A stretch of DNA of 64,000 bases from Christensenella sp. UBA7571. Its GTDB lineage: Bacteria; Bacillota; Clostridia; Christensenellales; CAG-917. The stretch is from NCBI GenBank assembly GCA_002476605.1, contig DLLD01000001.1, forward strand, positions 17,449 through 81,448. The letters run 5' to 3'. The notes under the pieces are model-generated. The model saw only the letters and a program-made list of their open reading frames with translations. It made no database searches and had not been told where the DNA came from. The translations under genes and the position numbers were made by a program. Each line of letters opens with the position of its first letter. The stretch's first letter is position 1. Below are positions 8,596-17,041 of the stretch, in pieces.

Positions 8596-10623
8596 ATGTT
8601 GCAACTCAAAGATATAAAAGGCGTCGGTGACGCAACGGTGAAAAAACTTCACGACCTTGGCATCAACAGTGTGTTCGAGGTCTTTTCATTTTTACCGAGA
8701 AAATATATCGATTTGCAAAGTCCAGTAAAAGTTCTCGACGCTCCGCAAAATCAACTTTGCTTGCTCGAAGGCAGAGTGGAAAAAGTGGGGGACGTATCAC
8801 CGAGGGGCAAACGCTCCTTTTACGTCACGTTCAGTGACAACCTTTCAAACAACAAAGCTTATTTCAAAGCGACGTTTTTCAATATGCCGTTTTTGCACGA
8901 CGGATTTCAAGTGGGACAAAATTATAGAATGCTCACGAGGTTGACTTCCGATAGGGGCGCGCTGGGCGTCGTCAATCCGTCCCTTGAAAAGATAGAGAAG
9001 ATATCCAAGCTTGACGGTATTTACACCGTATATCCTCTCAAAAACGTGATAGGGCAGAACGCCTATAAGAATATAGTTTATTCCGCGCTCGACACTCTTC
9101 AAAACGTAAAGTACGAGGGAAGCCTTGCCAAAATCAACAAAGATATGGCAACTTGTTTTGAGCTTGCGCATCGTCCTCAAAGCCTCGATATTGCCGAAAG
9201 AGCGGTGAAATCGCTTGCTTCGCTCGATATCGCAATCGTGCTCTCAATTTATAGAAAACTGCGCAATAACTGCAAAAAAGAGAGAAAAGTATTTTATAAT
9301 TTAGCCGATTTTAGAATAGTAGACTATGTTTCCGCACTGAAATTCACTCCGACGCCCTCGCAAATGCAAGCGTTTGAAGATATATTGAGCGACGTCAAAT
9401 CTTCCCGTACGATGTCGAGAATAATAAGCGGTGACGTAGGAAGCGGTAAGACGGCGGTTGCGTTTTTTGCAATGTATCTTGCATCGATTTGCGGTAAACA
9501 ATGTGCACTTATGACTCCGACTGAAATTCTTGCAAAACAACACGCGGAAAAGTTTGCGCCGATTGCGCAAAAACTCGGAATAAAATACGCGCTTCTTACG
9601 AGTTCCACGACTTCGGCACAAAGAAAAGCAATACTTGAAGGACTAAATACCGGTGAAATATCTTGCGTAATAGGCACTAATGCGCTCGTTAGCGACGACG
9701 TGATATATCGCAATCTTGCGCTTGCGATTATCGACGAACAACATCGCTTTGGCGTAAACGCGAGAGGAAAACTCGAAAAAAAAGGCGCGTGCGACGTTTT
9801 GAGTATGACCGCAACGCCAATTCCTCGTTCAATGGCGTTGACTTTTTACGACGATATCGCAATATCTCGTATCGAAAAGCGTGAGGACGCCAAAACCAAT
9901 GTTATCACCACCGTTTCAAACGACCTCGACGTGCTCGTATCTCGCGTATGCAGCGCGTTAGATAGCGGAAAACAAGCGTTTATCGTCTGTCCGTCAATCG
10001 TCGATGCGGAAGGTAACGATTTGACTTCGATTGAGAGTTTTACGCGTGATTATAAAGCGGTTATAGATAAATATCCTACGTCGATTATTCACGGCAAATT
10101 GTCCAACGATGAAAAGGAAAGCGCGATGAACGATTTTTCAAACGGAAAAACTCGACTTTTGGTTGCGACTACGGTTATCGAAGTGGGTATTGACACCAAA
10201 GCGACGGAAATTTTGATCGTCAATGCAGATCGTTTTGGACTTGCGTCGCTACATCAGTTGCGCGGACGCGTCGGAAGGGACGGCTCGGAAGCGCATTGCT
10301 ATCTACATTCCTCGTCGCAAAGCGAAAAATCGGCGGAAAGACTGGATATTCTTTGCAAGAGCAACGACGGACAATTTCTTGCCGAGGCGGATTTTGCTAT
10401 GCGCGGAGCGGGTGATTTTATAGGAACGAGACAAAGCGGTCGTTCAACTACGCCTATTTTCGACTTGCAAATGAACGGTGAAGTGCTTAAAAATGCCAAA
10501 TCATATGCCGACGAGAATTTGTCAAGTCTTCCGCTTTGCGACTTGCTCGCGCTTACGAGAAGAAGCAAGGCAAGAGTGGACGCGTTCCTCGAAGAACTTG
10601 ACGAAGTTACTCTCAATAGTTGA
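8596..10623 (+). CDS. recG: ATP-dependent DNA helicase RecG
   Basis: Walker A GDVGSGKT, DEQHRFG box and QLRGRVGR. ATG at 8596 (MLQLKDIKGVG) is chosen because the 8512 start would overlap yloV by 83 nt. Confidence 0.93.
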   Translation: MLQLKDIKGVGDATVKKLHDLGINSVFEVFSFLPRKYIDLQSPVKVLDAPQNQLCLLEGRVEKVGDVSPRGKRSFYVTFSDNLSNNKAYFKATFFNMPFLHDGFQVGQNYRMLTRLTSDRGALGVVNPSLEKIEKISKLDGIYTVYPLKNVIGQNAYKNIVYSALDTLQNVKYEGSLAKINKDMATCFELAHRPQSLDIAERAVKSLASLDIAIVLSIYRKLRNNCKKERKVFYNLADFRIVDYVSALKFTPTPSQMQAFEDILSDVKSSRTMSRIISGDVGSGKTAVAFFAMYLASICGKQCALMTPTEILAKQHAEKFAPIAQKLGIKYALLTSSTTSAQRKAILEGLNTGEISCVIGTNALVSDDVIYRNLALAIIDEQHRFGVNARGKLEKKGACDVLSMTATPIPRSMALTFYDDIAISRIEKREDAKTNVITTVSNDLDVLVSRVCSALDSGKQAFIVCPSIVDAEGNDLTSIESFTRDYKAVIDKYPTSIIHGKLSNDEKESAMNDFSNGKTRLLVATTVIEVGIDTKATEILIVNADRFGLASLHQLRGRVGRDGSEAHCYLHSSSQSEKSAERLDILCKSNDGQFLAEADFAMRGAGDFIGTRQSGRSTTPIFDLQMNGEVLKNAKSYADENLSSLPLCDLLALTRRSKARVDAFLEELDEVTLNS

Positions 10624-10679
10624 TTTTATACGATTTTTGCCTCACGTGTGGCTGATTTTGTAGTATTTTGCAGTCCTAT

Positions 10680-10707
10680 TTGACATTTTTATAGGATAGT
10701 GTATAAT
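10680..10707 (+). promoter_or_regulatory. sigma-A type promoter driving the large ncRNA
   Basis: TTGACA (10680-10685), 16-nt spacer, TATAAT (10702-10707). The predicted TSS is about 10714, just before the terminal helix of the RNA. Confidence 0.6.
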
Positions 10708-10715
10708 ATAATTAA

Positions 10716-11292
10716 ATGGTGGTGCAGTATTCTAGTCAGATTCCACCGACTCGGAGGCGGGGGTAAAATATCGCCGAAGGGCATATCGATGAAGTTTCTG
10801 GTGACGGCTTCTTTTGCCCAAATTGGGGCTGTTGCTGGGAGTTAAGGTTTTTGGGCGGCTTGCAACGGCATGCAAACCCCGTACCAATTTCCGTGGAGAC
10901 CCAACTCGGTGGACAGCGTAAAAACTGCCTACTGACTGGGGTGAAACCTGATATGCGGTGTGAAAATGCTGTGTACAGTGTAGCCTGCTTTGAGTGACGT
11001 ATAGGGATTAGGGAACCACGCCTTTTCGTATGGCCAATACGCGACGGTGATTGCCCAATGAAATGTACGCTGCAAAAAAAGATAAGGGCGGGCGGAATCT
11101 GTCAAGGAAATCTTCTAGACTGTTCTTTGAGGCAATCTGGGGATTATAGTGTGCTCTAAGTGGCGATTCGGTTTCTTCTTTAAGACGATGCGACGAGTAA
11201 TAGGAAACTTCTCGGACGGTGACGACGAGTTTCGACGCAGGGAAATCCTACCGAACCTATGGCGCAAGGTTTACCCAAATTGTCACCACCAT
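10716..11292 (+). ncRNA. ole: large structured ncRNA, most likely OLE (ornate, large, extremophilic) RNA
   Basis: No ORF of 60 aa or more occurs in any frame between 10664 and 11307. A 9-bp perfect terminal helix joins atggtggtg (10716-10724) and caccaccat (11284-11292). Long-range complements are 10737-10744/11094-11101 and 10743-10749/10906-10912. It has its own consensus promoter and no terminator before the downstream 4-TM protein. The neighbourhood (4-TM protein, tlyA, nadK, argR, recN) matches the published OLE/oapA context. Confidence 0.65.
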
Positions 11293-11307
11293 CCAAAGCA
11301 ATAAAAC

Positions 11308-12213
11308 TTGAGGTATTTCGTGGATAATCTCAATCAAAAAGAAGCTGACGCTTCCAATATACCGTTGCCATCGAAAGAGCAGTCTTCCGATGGTATTTCT
11401 TTTTCGCAAAACGGTCAAAACGGCGCGGTAGATGCTAAAAATACCGTGACAATTGACAAGATTTCAACTGACGTCGCAACCGCGCGTCAACCAAAACCCG
11501 ATCACCCCGACAAGAAGAAAAAGCCCAAGAAAAAACGCAATATTTGGTGGATAAAAGCGATAATAATATCGCTCGTTTTGTCCGCGTTTTTCTCGTATAT
11601 AAGCAACCTCGTCGAGAACGCAGATCAGCTCGTCGTCGTTATCGTTTTGCTTGCGTTCCTCGTGCTTACGGGGATTTTGTTCGACGCCATCGGCGTGGCG
11701 GTGACTTCGTGCGACGTAACGCCTATTATATCGATGGCGTCAAGAAAGGTTTACGGTGCAAAAACCGCGTTAAACCTCGTCAAAAACAGCGATACCGTAT
11801 CAAGCGTTTGCAACGATATAATCGGTGACATTTTCAGTATTATATCCGGTGCTTGTTCGGCTGCGCTCGTCGTAAAAATCACCATATCGCTTGAAGAAAC
11901 GTGGCAAATCGTCGTATCGATTGCAGTGTCCGCTCTCGTGTCGGCAATGACCATCGGCGGTAAGGCGTTTATGAAGAAGATTGCAATCGACAATTCCAAA
12001 GACTTCGTAATGTTCGTAGCGCGAATACTCGCAATTTTCTCAAAAGAAGAGCGAAAGATCCGCAAGAAAAACAAAGCCGATAAGGCGGAAAAGTCGGGTA
12101 AAACGGACAAATCAGCCAAATCCGACAAAAACGAGAAAGTCGAAAAATCGGATAAAAACGATAACAAAACCGCCCCACAATCGACCAAATCAAAAGACAA
12201 AAAAGCAAAATAA
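11308..12213 (+). CDS. oapA: four-TM membrane protein, OapA-like (OLE-associated protein A candidate) with Lys-rich N- and C-terminal extensions
   Basis: Lies immediately 3' of the ncRNA with no terminator between them. The core has 4 predicted TM helices (IWWIKAIIISLVLSAFF, LVVVIVLLAFLVLTGILF, IIGDIFSIISGACSAALVV, IVVSIAVSALVSAMTIGG). The start is uncertain (TTG 11308 or GTG 11320). Confidence 0.55.
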   Translation: MRYFVDNLNQKEADASNIPLPSKEQSSDGISFSQNGQNGAVDAKNTVTIDKISTDVATARQPKPDHPDKKKKPKKKRNIWWIKAIIISLVLSAFFSYISNLVENADQLVVVIVLLAFLVLTGILFDAIGVAVTSCDVTPIISMASRKVYGAKTALNLVKNSDTVSSVCNDIIGDIFSIISGACSAALVVKITISLEETWQIVVSIAVSALVSAMTIGGKAFMKKIAIDNSKDFVMFVARILAIFSKEERKIRKKNKADKAEKSGKTDKSAKSDKNEKVEKSDKNDNKTAPQSTKSKDKKAK

Positions 12214-12246
12214 TATAAAAAAGCAACTAAATTTGCATCCAAAATT

Positions 12247-12954
12247 ATGCGACTTGACAAGTATATACAAGACAAATTCAATCTAAAATCGCGCACTTAC
12301 GCCGAAAACCTTATAAAAACGGGCAACGTTTTCGTTGACGGAAAAGCGGTTACCAAAAGCGGTGAAGACGTTGACGACGACAACGTCGTCGAGGTTTTAG
12401 ACAATCAAAACTTTGCTTCGCAAGGCGCGTATAAACTTGAAAAGGCGTTTGAAGAGTGGAATCTCGACGTTACGGGCAAATATTGCGCGGATATCGGTTG
12501 CTCAAACGGCGGATTTACCGATTGTCTTTTAAGGCGCGGTGCAGACGAGGTGCTTGCGGTTGACGTCGGGGAGTGTGCGCTCGATCAAAAATTGTTAGAT
12601 AGCGGAAAAGTTAAATTTTTGCGTGCAAACGCAAGGGAACTTCCGCCTCTTGAACAAGTCGATTTTTTGTGCAGTGATTTGAGCTTTATTTCTCTAAAAT
12701 ACGTGCTCGGTTCTATGTTTTCGCTATTGAAAAACGGCGGAGAAGCGGTGGTGCTCGTCAAACCTCAATTTGAACTCGACAAGTCCGCACTCAACAAAAA
12801 CGGCATAGTAAAGAGTGAAAAATTGCGCAAAAACGCCCTTGAAAACGTCAAAAATTATGCCGTTTCAGCCGGATTTCAAGTGGTGAGCGAAACGATATCG
12901 CCCGTCAGATACGATAACAAAAATATCGAGTATTTGTTATTATTGAGAAAATAA
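12247..12954 (+). CDS. tlyA: TlyA-family rRNA 2'-O-methyltransferase (S4 + FtsJ domains)
   Basis: MRLDKYI...S4 domain and DIGCSNGGFTDCLL SAM motif. Confidence 0.88.
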   Translation: MRLDKYIQDKFNLKSRTYAENLIKTGNVFVDGKAVTKSGEDVDDDNVVEVLDNQNFASQGAYKLEKAFEEWNLDVTGKYCADIGCSNGGFTDCLLRRGADEVLAVDVGECALDQKLLDSGKVKFLRANARELPPLEQVDFLCSDLSFISLKYVLGSMFSLLKNGGEAVVLVKPQFELDKSALNKNGIVKSEKLRKNALENVKNYAVSAGFQVVSETISPVRYDNKNIEYLLLLRK

Positions 12955-12984
12955 CGTATTTTCGTAAAACCGTATAATGCCATA

Positions 12985-13018
12985 TAAAAAAAGCGACTTG
13001 CGTCGCTTTCGTTTTTTC
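12985..13018. terminator. bidirectional intrinsic terminator (tlyA / convergent small gene)
   Basis: Stem aagcgac (12991-12997) / gtcgctt (13002-13008), flanked by an A-run and a T-run. Confidence 0.75.
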
Positions 13019-13025
13019 AATCAAA

Positions 13026-13334
13026 CTATTTTGTATCTTCGCCCTTGTTGGCGGTATCTTCTTTTCCCATCTCCGAAGTATCTTCGTTTTGTTCGGCTTG
13101 TTGTGTGTCGTCCGATTTTGACTTCTCGTTCTTGGATTTTTTGGATTTCTTTTTCTTGTCGTCGTCGGCAATTTGGTCTTGTTTTCCGACCTTGGTGTCG
13201 GGGTAGGACGGCTTTGATTTTTTGTTCTTGCCGAAGAATACGCACACGACTATGATTATAGCAAAAATAAGTCCCGAGAGTCCCGCGACGAGTTTCGTGC
13301 CAAATTCGGAGATACAAATCAAAGTTTCAAGCAT
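13026..13334 (-). CDS. small single-TM membrane protein with Lys/Ser/Asp/Glu-rich tail, unknown function
   Basis: TM segment LVAGLSGLIFAIIIVVCVFF followed by a charged low-complexity tail. The ATG at 13334 sits 6 nt after a consensus -10, so it is a leaderless candidate. Confidence 0.5.
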   Translation of the reverse strand: MLETLICISEFGTKLVAGLSGLIFAIIIVVCVFFGKNKKSKPSYPDTKVGKQDQIADDDKKKKSKKSKNEKSKSDDTQQAEQNEDTSEMGKEDTANKGEDTK

Positions 13335-13340
13335 ATTTTT

Positions 13341-13368
13341 ATTATACAACGAGTAGCAAAAAAGTCAA
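13341..13368 (-). promoter_or_regulatory. sigma-A promoter of the small membrane protein gene
   Basis: On the minus strand: TTGACT (13368-13363), 16-nt spacer, TATAAT (13346-13341). Confidence 0.55.
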
Positions 13369-13471
13369 ACACATTGACGCAAAGCGCAAAAATGCATAAA
13401 GTTGCAAAAAGTATATAAAATATTCATTTTATACTTGTATTCAATGGGGGAAAGTTGTATAATACGCATAA

Positions 13472-14278
13472 ATGAAAGAGAAAGTTGCAATCGTTACAAA
13501 AGCGGGCTTGACCGATATAAAAGAGCGTATTACCATCGTTGACGAGATAAGAAACGACGGCAATTTTGACGTGTACGAGCTTAAAGTCGGTGAGGAATAC
13601 GAATACGGCACTTCGATAGCCGTCGTTTTCGGCGGTGACGGAACTATGCTCGAAGCAGTCCGAGAAGCAAAAGGCAGAAATATTTCGTTCTTTGGCGTAA
13701 ATCTCGGCAATCTCGGTTTTTTGACGTCTTGCGAGAAAAACGAGAGTGCGAAAAATATCGTAAACGCCCTAAAAGAGCGCAAATGCGCGGAGCGTATGCT
13801 TCTTTGCGGAATCGTAAACGGTAACGATTTTCAAGCACTCAACGAGGTCGTGATAAAGAGCGCGACGTCGAGACCTATATACGTTGACTTATATATAGAC
13901 GGCAATTTTGTTGATTGCTACCATAGCGACGGCGCAATCGTGGCGTCTCCGACGGGCTCGACGGCGTATTCGCTTTCGGCGGGAGGACCTATCGTCGCTC
14001 CGAGCGTCGACGCGCTTACTATCAATCCGATTTGCCCGCACTCGCTTCATTCTCGTCCGCTCGTGGTGGGCGCAAACTCGAAAATCGTCCTTTCGCTTCA
14101 CGGCAGTGAGACGGCAAGCGTTTTTGCGGACGGAAAATTGATTTCAAGTGCGAAAGACGGAGACGAAATCGTCGTGAAAAAATCCGAAAACAAAGCAAAA
14201 TTTATCATTGCAAATAACGATGATTTTTATAAAAAACTACTTCAAAAGATGAACAGATGGGGAGTTACCTCACGGTAA
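13472..14278 (+). CDS. nadK: NAD kinase
   Basis: VVFGGDGTML and NLGNLGFLT motifs. Confidence 0.93.
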   Translation: MKEKVAIVTKAGLTDIKERITIVDEIRNDGNFDVYELKVGEEYEYGTSIAVVFGGDGTMLEAVREAKGRNISFFGVNLGNLGFLTSCEKNESAKNIVNALKERKCAERMLLCGIVNGNDFQALNEVVIKSATSRPIYVDLYIDGNFVDCYHSDGAIVASPTGSTAYSLSAGGPIVAPSVDALTINPICPHSLHSRPLVVGANSKIVLSLHGSETASVFADGKLISSAKDGDEIVVKKSENKAKFIIANNDDFYKKLLQKMNRWGVTSR

Positions 14279-14301
14279 ATCCAAAGGATAAGGTGATAAT
14301 T

Positions 14302-14775
14302 ATGGCAAGAGCAAATCGTCAACTCAAAATTTTGGATATCATATCCAAACACGATATTGACACGCAAGAAGAACTCGTAGATTATTTGCGCCAAGAAGGT
14401 TTCAACGTTACGCAAGCGACTATATCTCGCGACATAAAAGATATGGGCATCATCAAGACGCTCGCAAGCGACGGTCGACATTACAAATACGCCGCGCAAC
14501 AACAAAAAGAGACCAACGCCGCGGACAAATATCTCAATATGTTTAAGAATACGGTTATTTCCATACGCAGTTCCGGCAATCTTATCGTGTTGCGCACGGA
14601 AGTGGGTAGCGCAGGACCTGCGGCGGAGCTCATCGACAAACTCGCATACGACGAGGTGTTGGGCGTAGTTGCGGGTGACAATACGATATTCGTGGCAGTT
14701 GACGGTGTGGAACACGTTGATACCGTGCGTCGCAGACTTGAAGATTTGCTTGAAGCAAACAGACTTTTCAGCTAA
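14302..14775 (+). CDS. argR: arginine repressor
   Basis: MARANRQLKILDIISKH...QATISRDIKDMG winged helix and C-terminal GDNTIFV. ATG 14302 has RBS aaggtga. Confidence 0.9.
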   Translation: MARANRQLKILDIISKHDIDTQEELVDYLRQEGFNVTQATISRDIKDMGIIKTLASDGRHYKYAAQQQKETNAADKYLNMFKNTVISIRSSGNLIVLRTEVGSAGPAAELIDKLAYDEVLGVVAGDNTIFVAVDGVEHVDTVRRRLEDLLEANRLFS

Positions 14776-14794
14776 AAGTTATAAATAAACCAAA

Positions 14795-16489
14795 ATGCTC
14801 TCTCAATTATCAATTGAAAACATCGCACTAATCGACAAGCTCGAATTGACGCTTTCAAACGGTCTCAACGTTTTGAGCGGTGAAACCGGCGCGGGCAAGT
14901 CTATAATCATAGACTCGCTGAATTTCGTATTGGGCGAAAGAGCTGACAAATCACTTATACGCTACGGCACGGATCAAGCAGTGGTACAAGCGGTATTCGA
15001 GGACTATCTTACGCCAAACGTCAAAGAATACCTCGACGATTTGGGAATAGAAGCCGAAGACGTGCTTATTTTGCGCCGTAAAATGACGGTTGACGGCAAA
15101 AACGAGTGCCGTATAAACGGCAGAATTTCCACGCTTTCAATCCTAAAAGGATTGACGGAAACACTCGTGGACATTCACGGACAGCACGAACACCAATCTT
15201 TGCTCAAAAGCTCCAATCATATCAAATTGCTTGACGATATGGGAGAAAGCGCGGTTGAAAAAGCAAAAGAAACCGTCTATAAATCGCACAAAAAATACGT
15301 GTCGCTCAAAAACGAATTTTCCAAATTCGGTGACGCAAGCGAGAGAGAACGCAAGCTTGATGTGCTTACTTATCAGATAGAGGAAATCGAGAAAGCGGAC
15401 GTCAAAGACGGTGAAGAAGAGGAACTTTTGGCGCAACGCAAGCGTATCCGCAATATGGAAAAGATTCTTTCCGCGTTGTCGGACGCAAAGCGCATACTTG
15501 ACGGTTACGACTCGTCGAGCGTGAGCGCGTCTATCAAAAATTGCTCGTCTTTGCTTAATTCCATATCTACTTACGACGACCAAATCGCGCCACTTACGGA
15601 TAGATTGGACAGCGCAAAGGTCGAGATTACCGACATAAGCGATACGCTTGAAGATATGCTCGAAAGACTTGATTTCGATGCGCGCTCGGCGGAAAAAATC
15701 GAAGAAAGACTTGAACTCGTGCGCACGATATTGCATAAATACGGCGGGAATTGGGACGCTTTGCAAAAGTTCTATCAAAACGCAAGCGAAGAGGCAAATA
15801 TGCTTGCCAACGCTTCCGAAACCGTCGAAAAACTTGAAAAAGAGATAAAATCCGCACGAAAAGAGCTCATAGACGACGCGCAAAAGCTTACTGCGCTACG
15901 TCAAAAAGTCGCAAAGAAGTTTGAAAAGGATATAACAAAAGAACTTTGCGATTTGGGTATGAGCGGATCTACGTTCAAGGTGGATATTCAAACGACCGAC
16001 GAGCCCGACGAGATAAGCGCAAACGGCGCGGATAGCGTGGAATTTTTGATTTCACCCAACGTCGGTGAACCTCTAAAACCGCTTGCAAAGATAATATCCG
16101 GCGGTGAAATGTCGAGATTTATGCTTGCTTTCAAAAATATCGTTACGGGCATAGACGGCATCGGAACGATGGTATTCGACGAGATAGATACCGGAATTTC
16201 CGGCAATATATCCGCGGTAGTATCCGAGAAAATGTGCAATATATCGCGCAATAGACAAGTTATTGCCGTGACGCATATGCCGTCGCTTGCCGCTATGGCG
16301 GACAGTCATTATCTCATTGCCAAGTCCACTCAAAACGGCAAAACGCTCACACACGTCGATTTGCTCGAAGACGATACGGACGAAGTGGCAAGACTTATCG
16401 GCGGTAACGATTATAGCAAATACGCAGTACCTCACGCGCACGAGATGAAAGCGTGGGCACAAAGATACAAAGAGAGTATTGCGAAATAA
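14795..16489 (+). CDS. recN: DNA repair protein RecN
   Basis: GETGAGKSIIIDSL Walker A, coiled-coil middle region and C-terminal SGGEMSR / VFDEIDTG. Confidence 0.93.
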   Translation: MLSQLSIENIALIDKLELTLSNGLNVLSGETGAGKSIIIDSLNFVLGERADKSLIRYGTDQAVVQAVFEDYLTPNVKEYLDDLGIEAEDVLILRRKMTVDGKNECRINGRISTLSILKGLTETLVDIHGQHEHQSLLKSSNHIKLLDDMGESAVEKAKETVYKSHKKYVSLKNEFSKFGDASERERKLDVLTYQIEEIEKADVKDGEEEELLAQRKRIRNMEKILSALSDAKRILDGYDSSSVSASIKNCSSLLNSISTYDDQIAPLTDRLDSAKVEITDISDTLEDMLERLDFDARSAEKIEERLELVRTILHKYGGNWDALQKFYQNASEEANMLANASETVEKLEKEIKSARKELIDDAQKLTALRQKVAKKFEKDITKELCDLGMSGSTFKVDIQTTDEPDEISANGADSVEFLISPNVGEPLKPLAKIISGGEMSRFMLAFKNIVTGIDGIGTMVFDEIDTGISGNISAVVSEKMCNISRNRQVIAVTHMPSLAAMADSHYLIAKSTQNGKTLTHVDLLEDDTDEVARLIGGNDYSKYAVPHAHEMKAWAQRYKESIAK

Positions 16490-16523
16490 CGAATATCGTA
16501 TTTGAAACAATAGCGATATCACA

Positions 16524-16564
16524 AGCAAACGAGAGCAAAATGCCTATTTCGTTTGCTTTTTTTA
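16524..16564 (+). terminator. recN terminator
   Basis: Stem agcaaacga (16524-16532) / tcgtttgct (16549-16557) followed by a T-run. Confidence 0.6.
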
Positions 16565-16587
16565 TATAAATGTGCTTTAATCAATAT

Positions 16588-16908
16588 GCGAGTTAGCCGG
16601 ACGGTCGCGTGAAATAATCGAGGAAAGTCCGAGCATCATAGGGCACGGGTGCCGGGTAACTCCCGGTGAAGGCGACTTCAAGGACAGTGCAACAGAAAAA
16701 TACCGCCGATTTTTCGGTAAGGATGGAAAGGCGAGGTAAGAGCTCACCCGCAATTTGGCAACAATGCGCGATGTAAACCCCACTCGATGCAAGATAGGGA
16801 ACGTGAAATGTGGCCCGCAAGTTCCCGACATCGCTTGAGGCGTGCAGAAATGTACGTCCTAGATAGATGACCGTCAAACACAGAACTCGGCTTACAGACT
16901 AATCTCGC
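16588..16908 (+). ncRNA. rnpB: RNase P RNA (bacterial, type A-like)
   Basis: Universal GAGGAAAGUCCGAGC at 16620-16634, followed by AUAGGGCACGGGUGCCGGGUAAC...ACAGAAAAAUACCGCC. The 3' end has ACAGAACUCGGCUUACAG. P1 pairs gcgag (16588-) with ctcgc (-16908). Confidence 0.9.
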
Positions 16909-17041
16909 TATGAAAGAAGAAGGCGCAAGAGTCTTCTTTTTTCTTTTGTAAAACGATATTCTAACAACTTAAAATTGCATTTTTTAATGAATTTTGCGCG
17001 GTTTTCTTACTAAAAAATGAAATATAGGCAATAAATAACGT

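Noticed and set aside
11317-11328. A DnaA-box-like cgtggataa at the start of the oapA-like gene.
   Set aside because: It is a single 8/9 match with no cluster of boxes and no AT-rich unwinding element. It is most likely chance.
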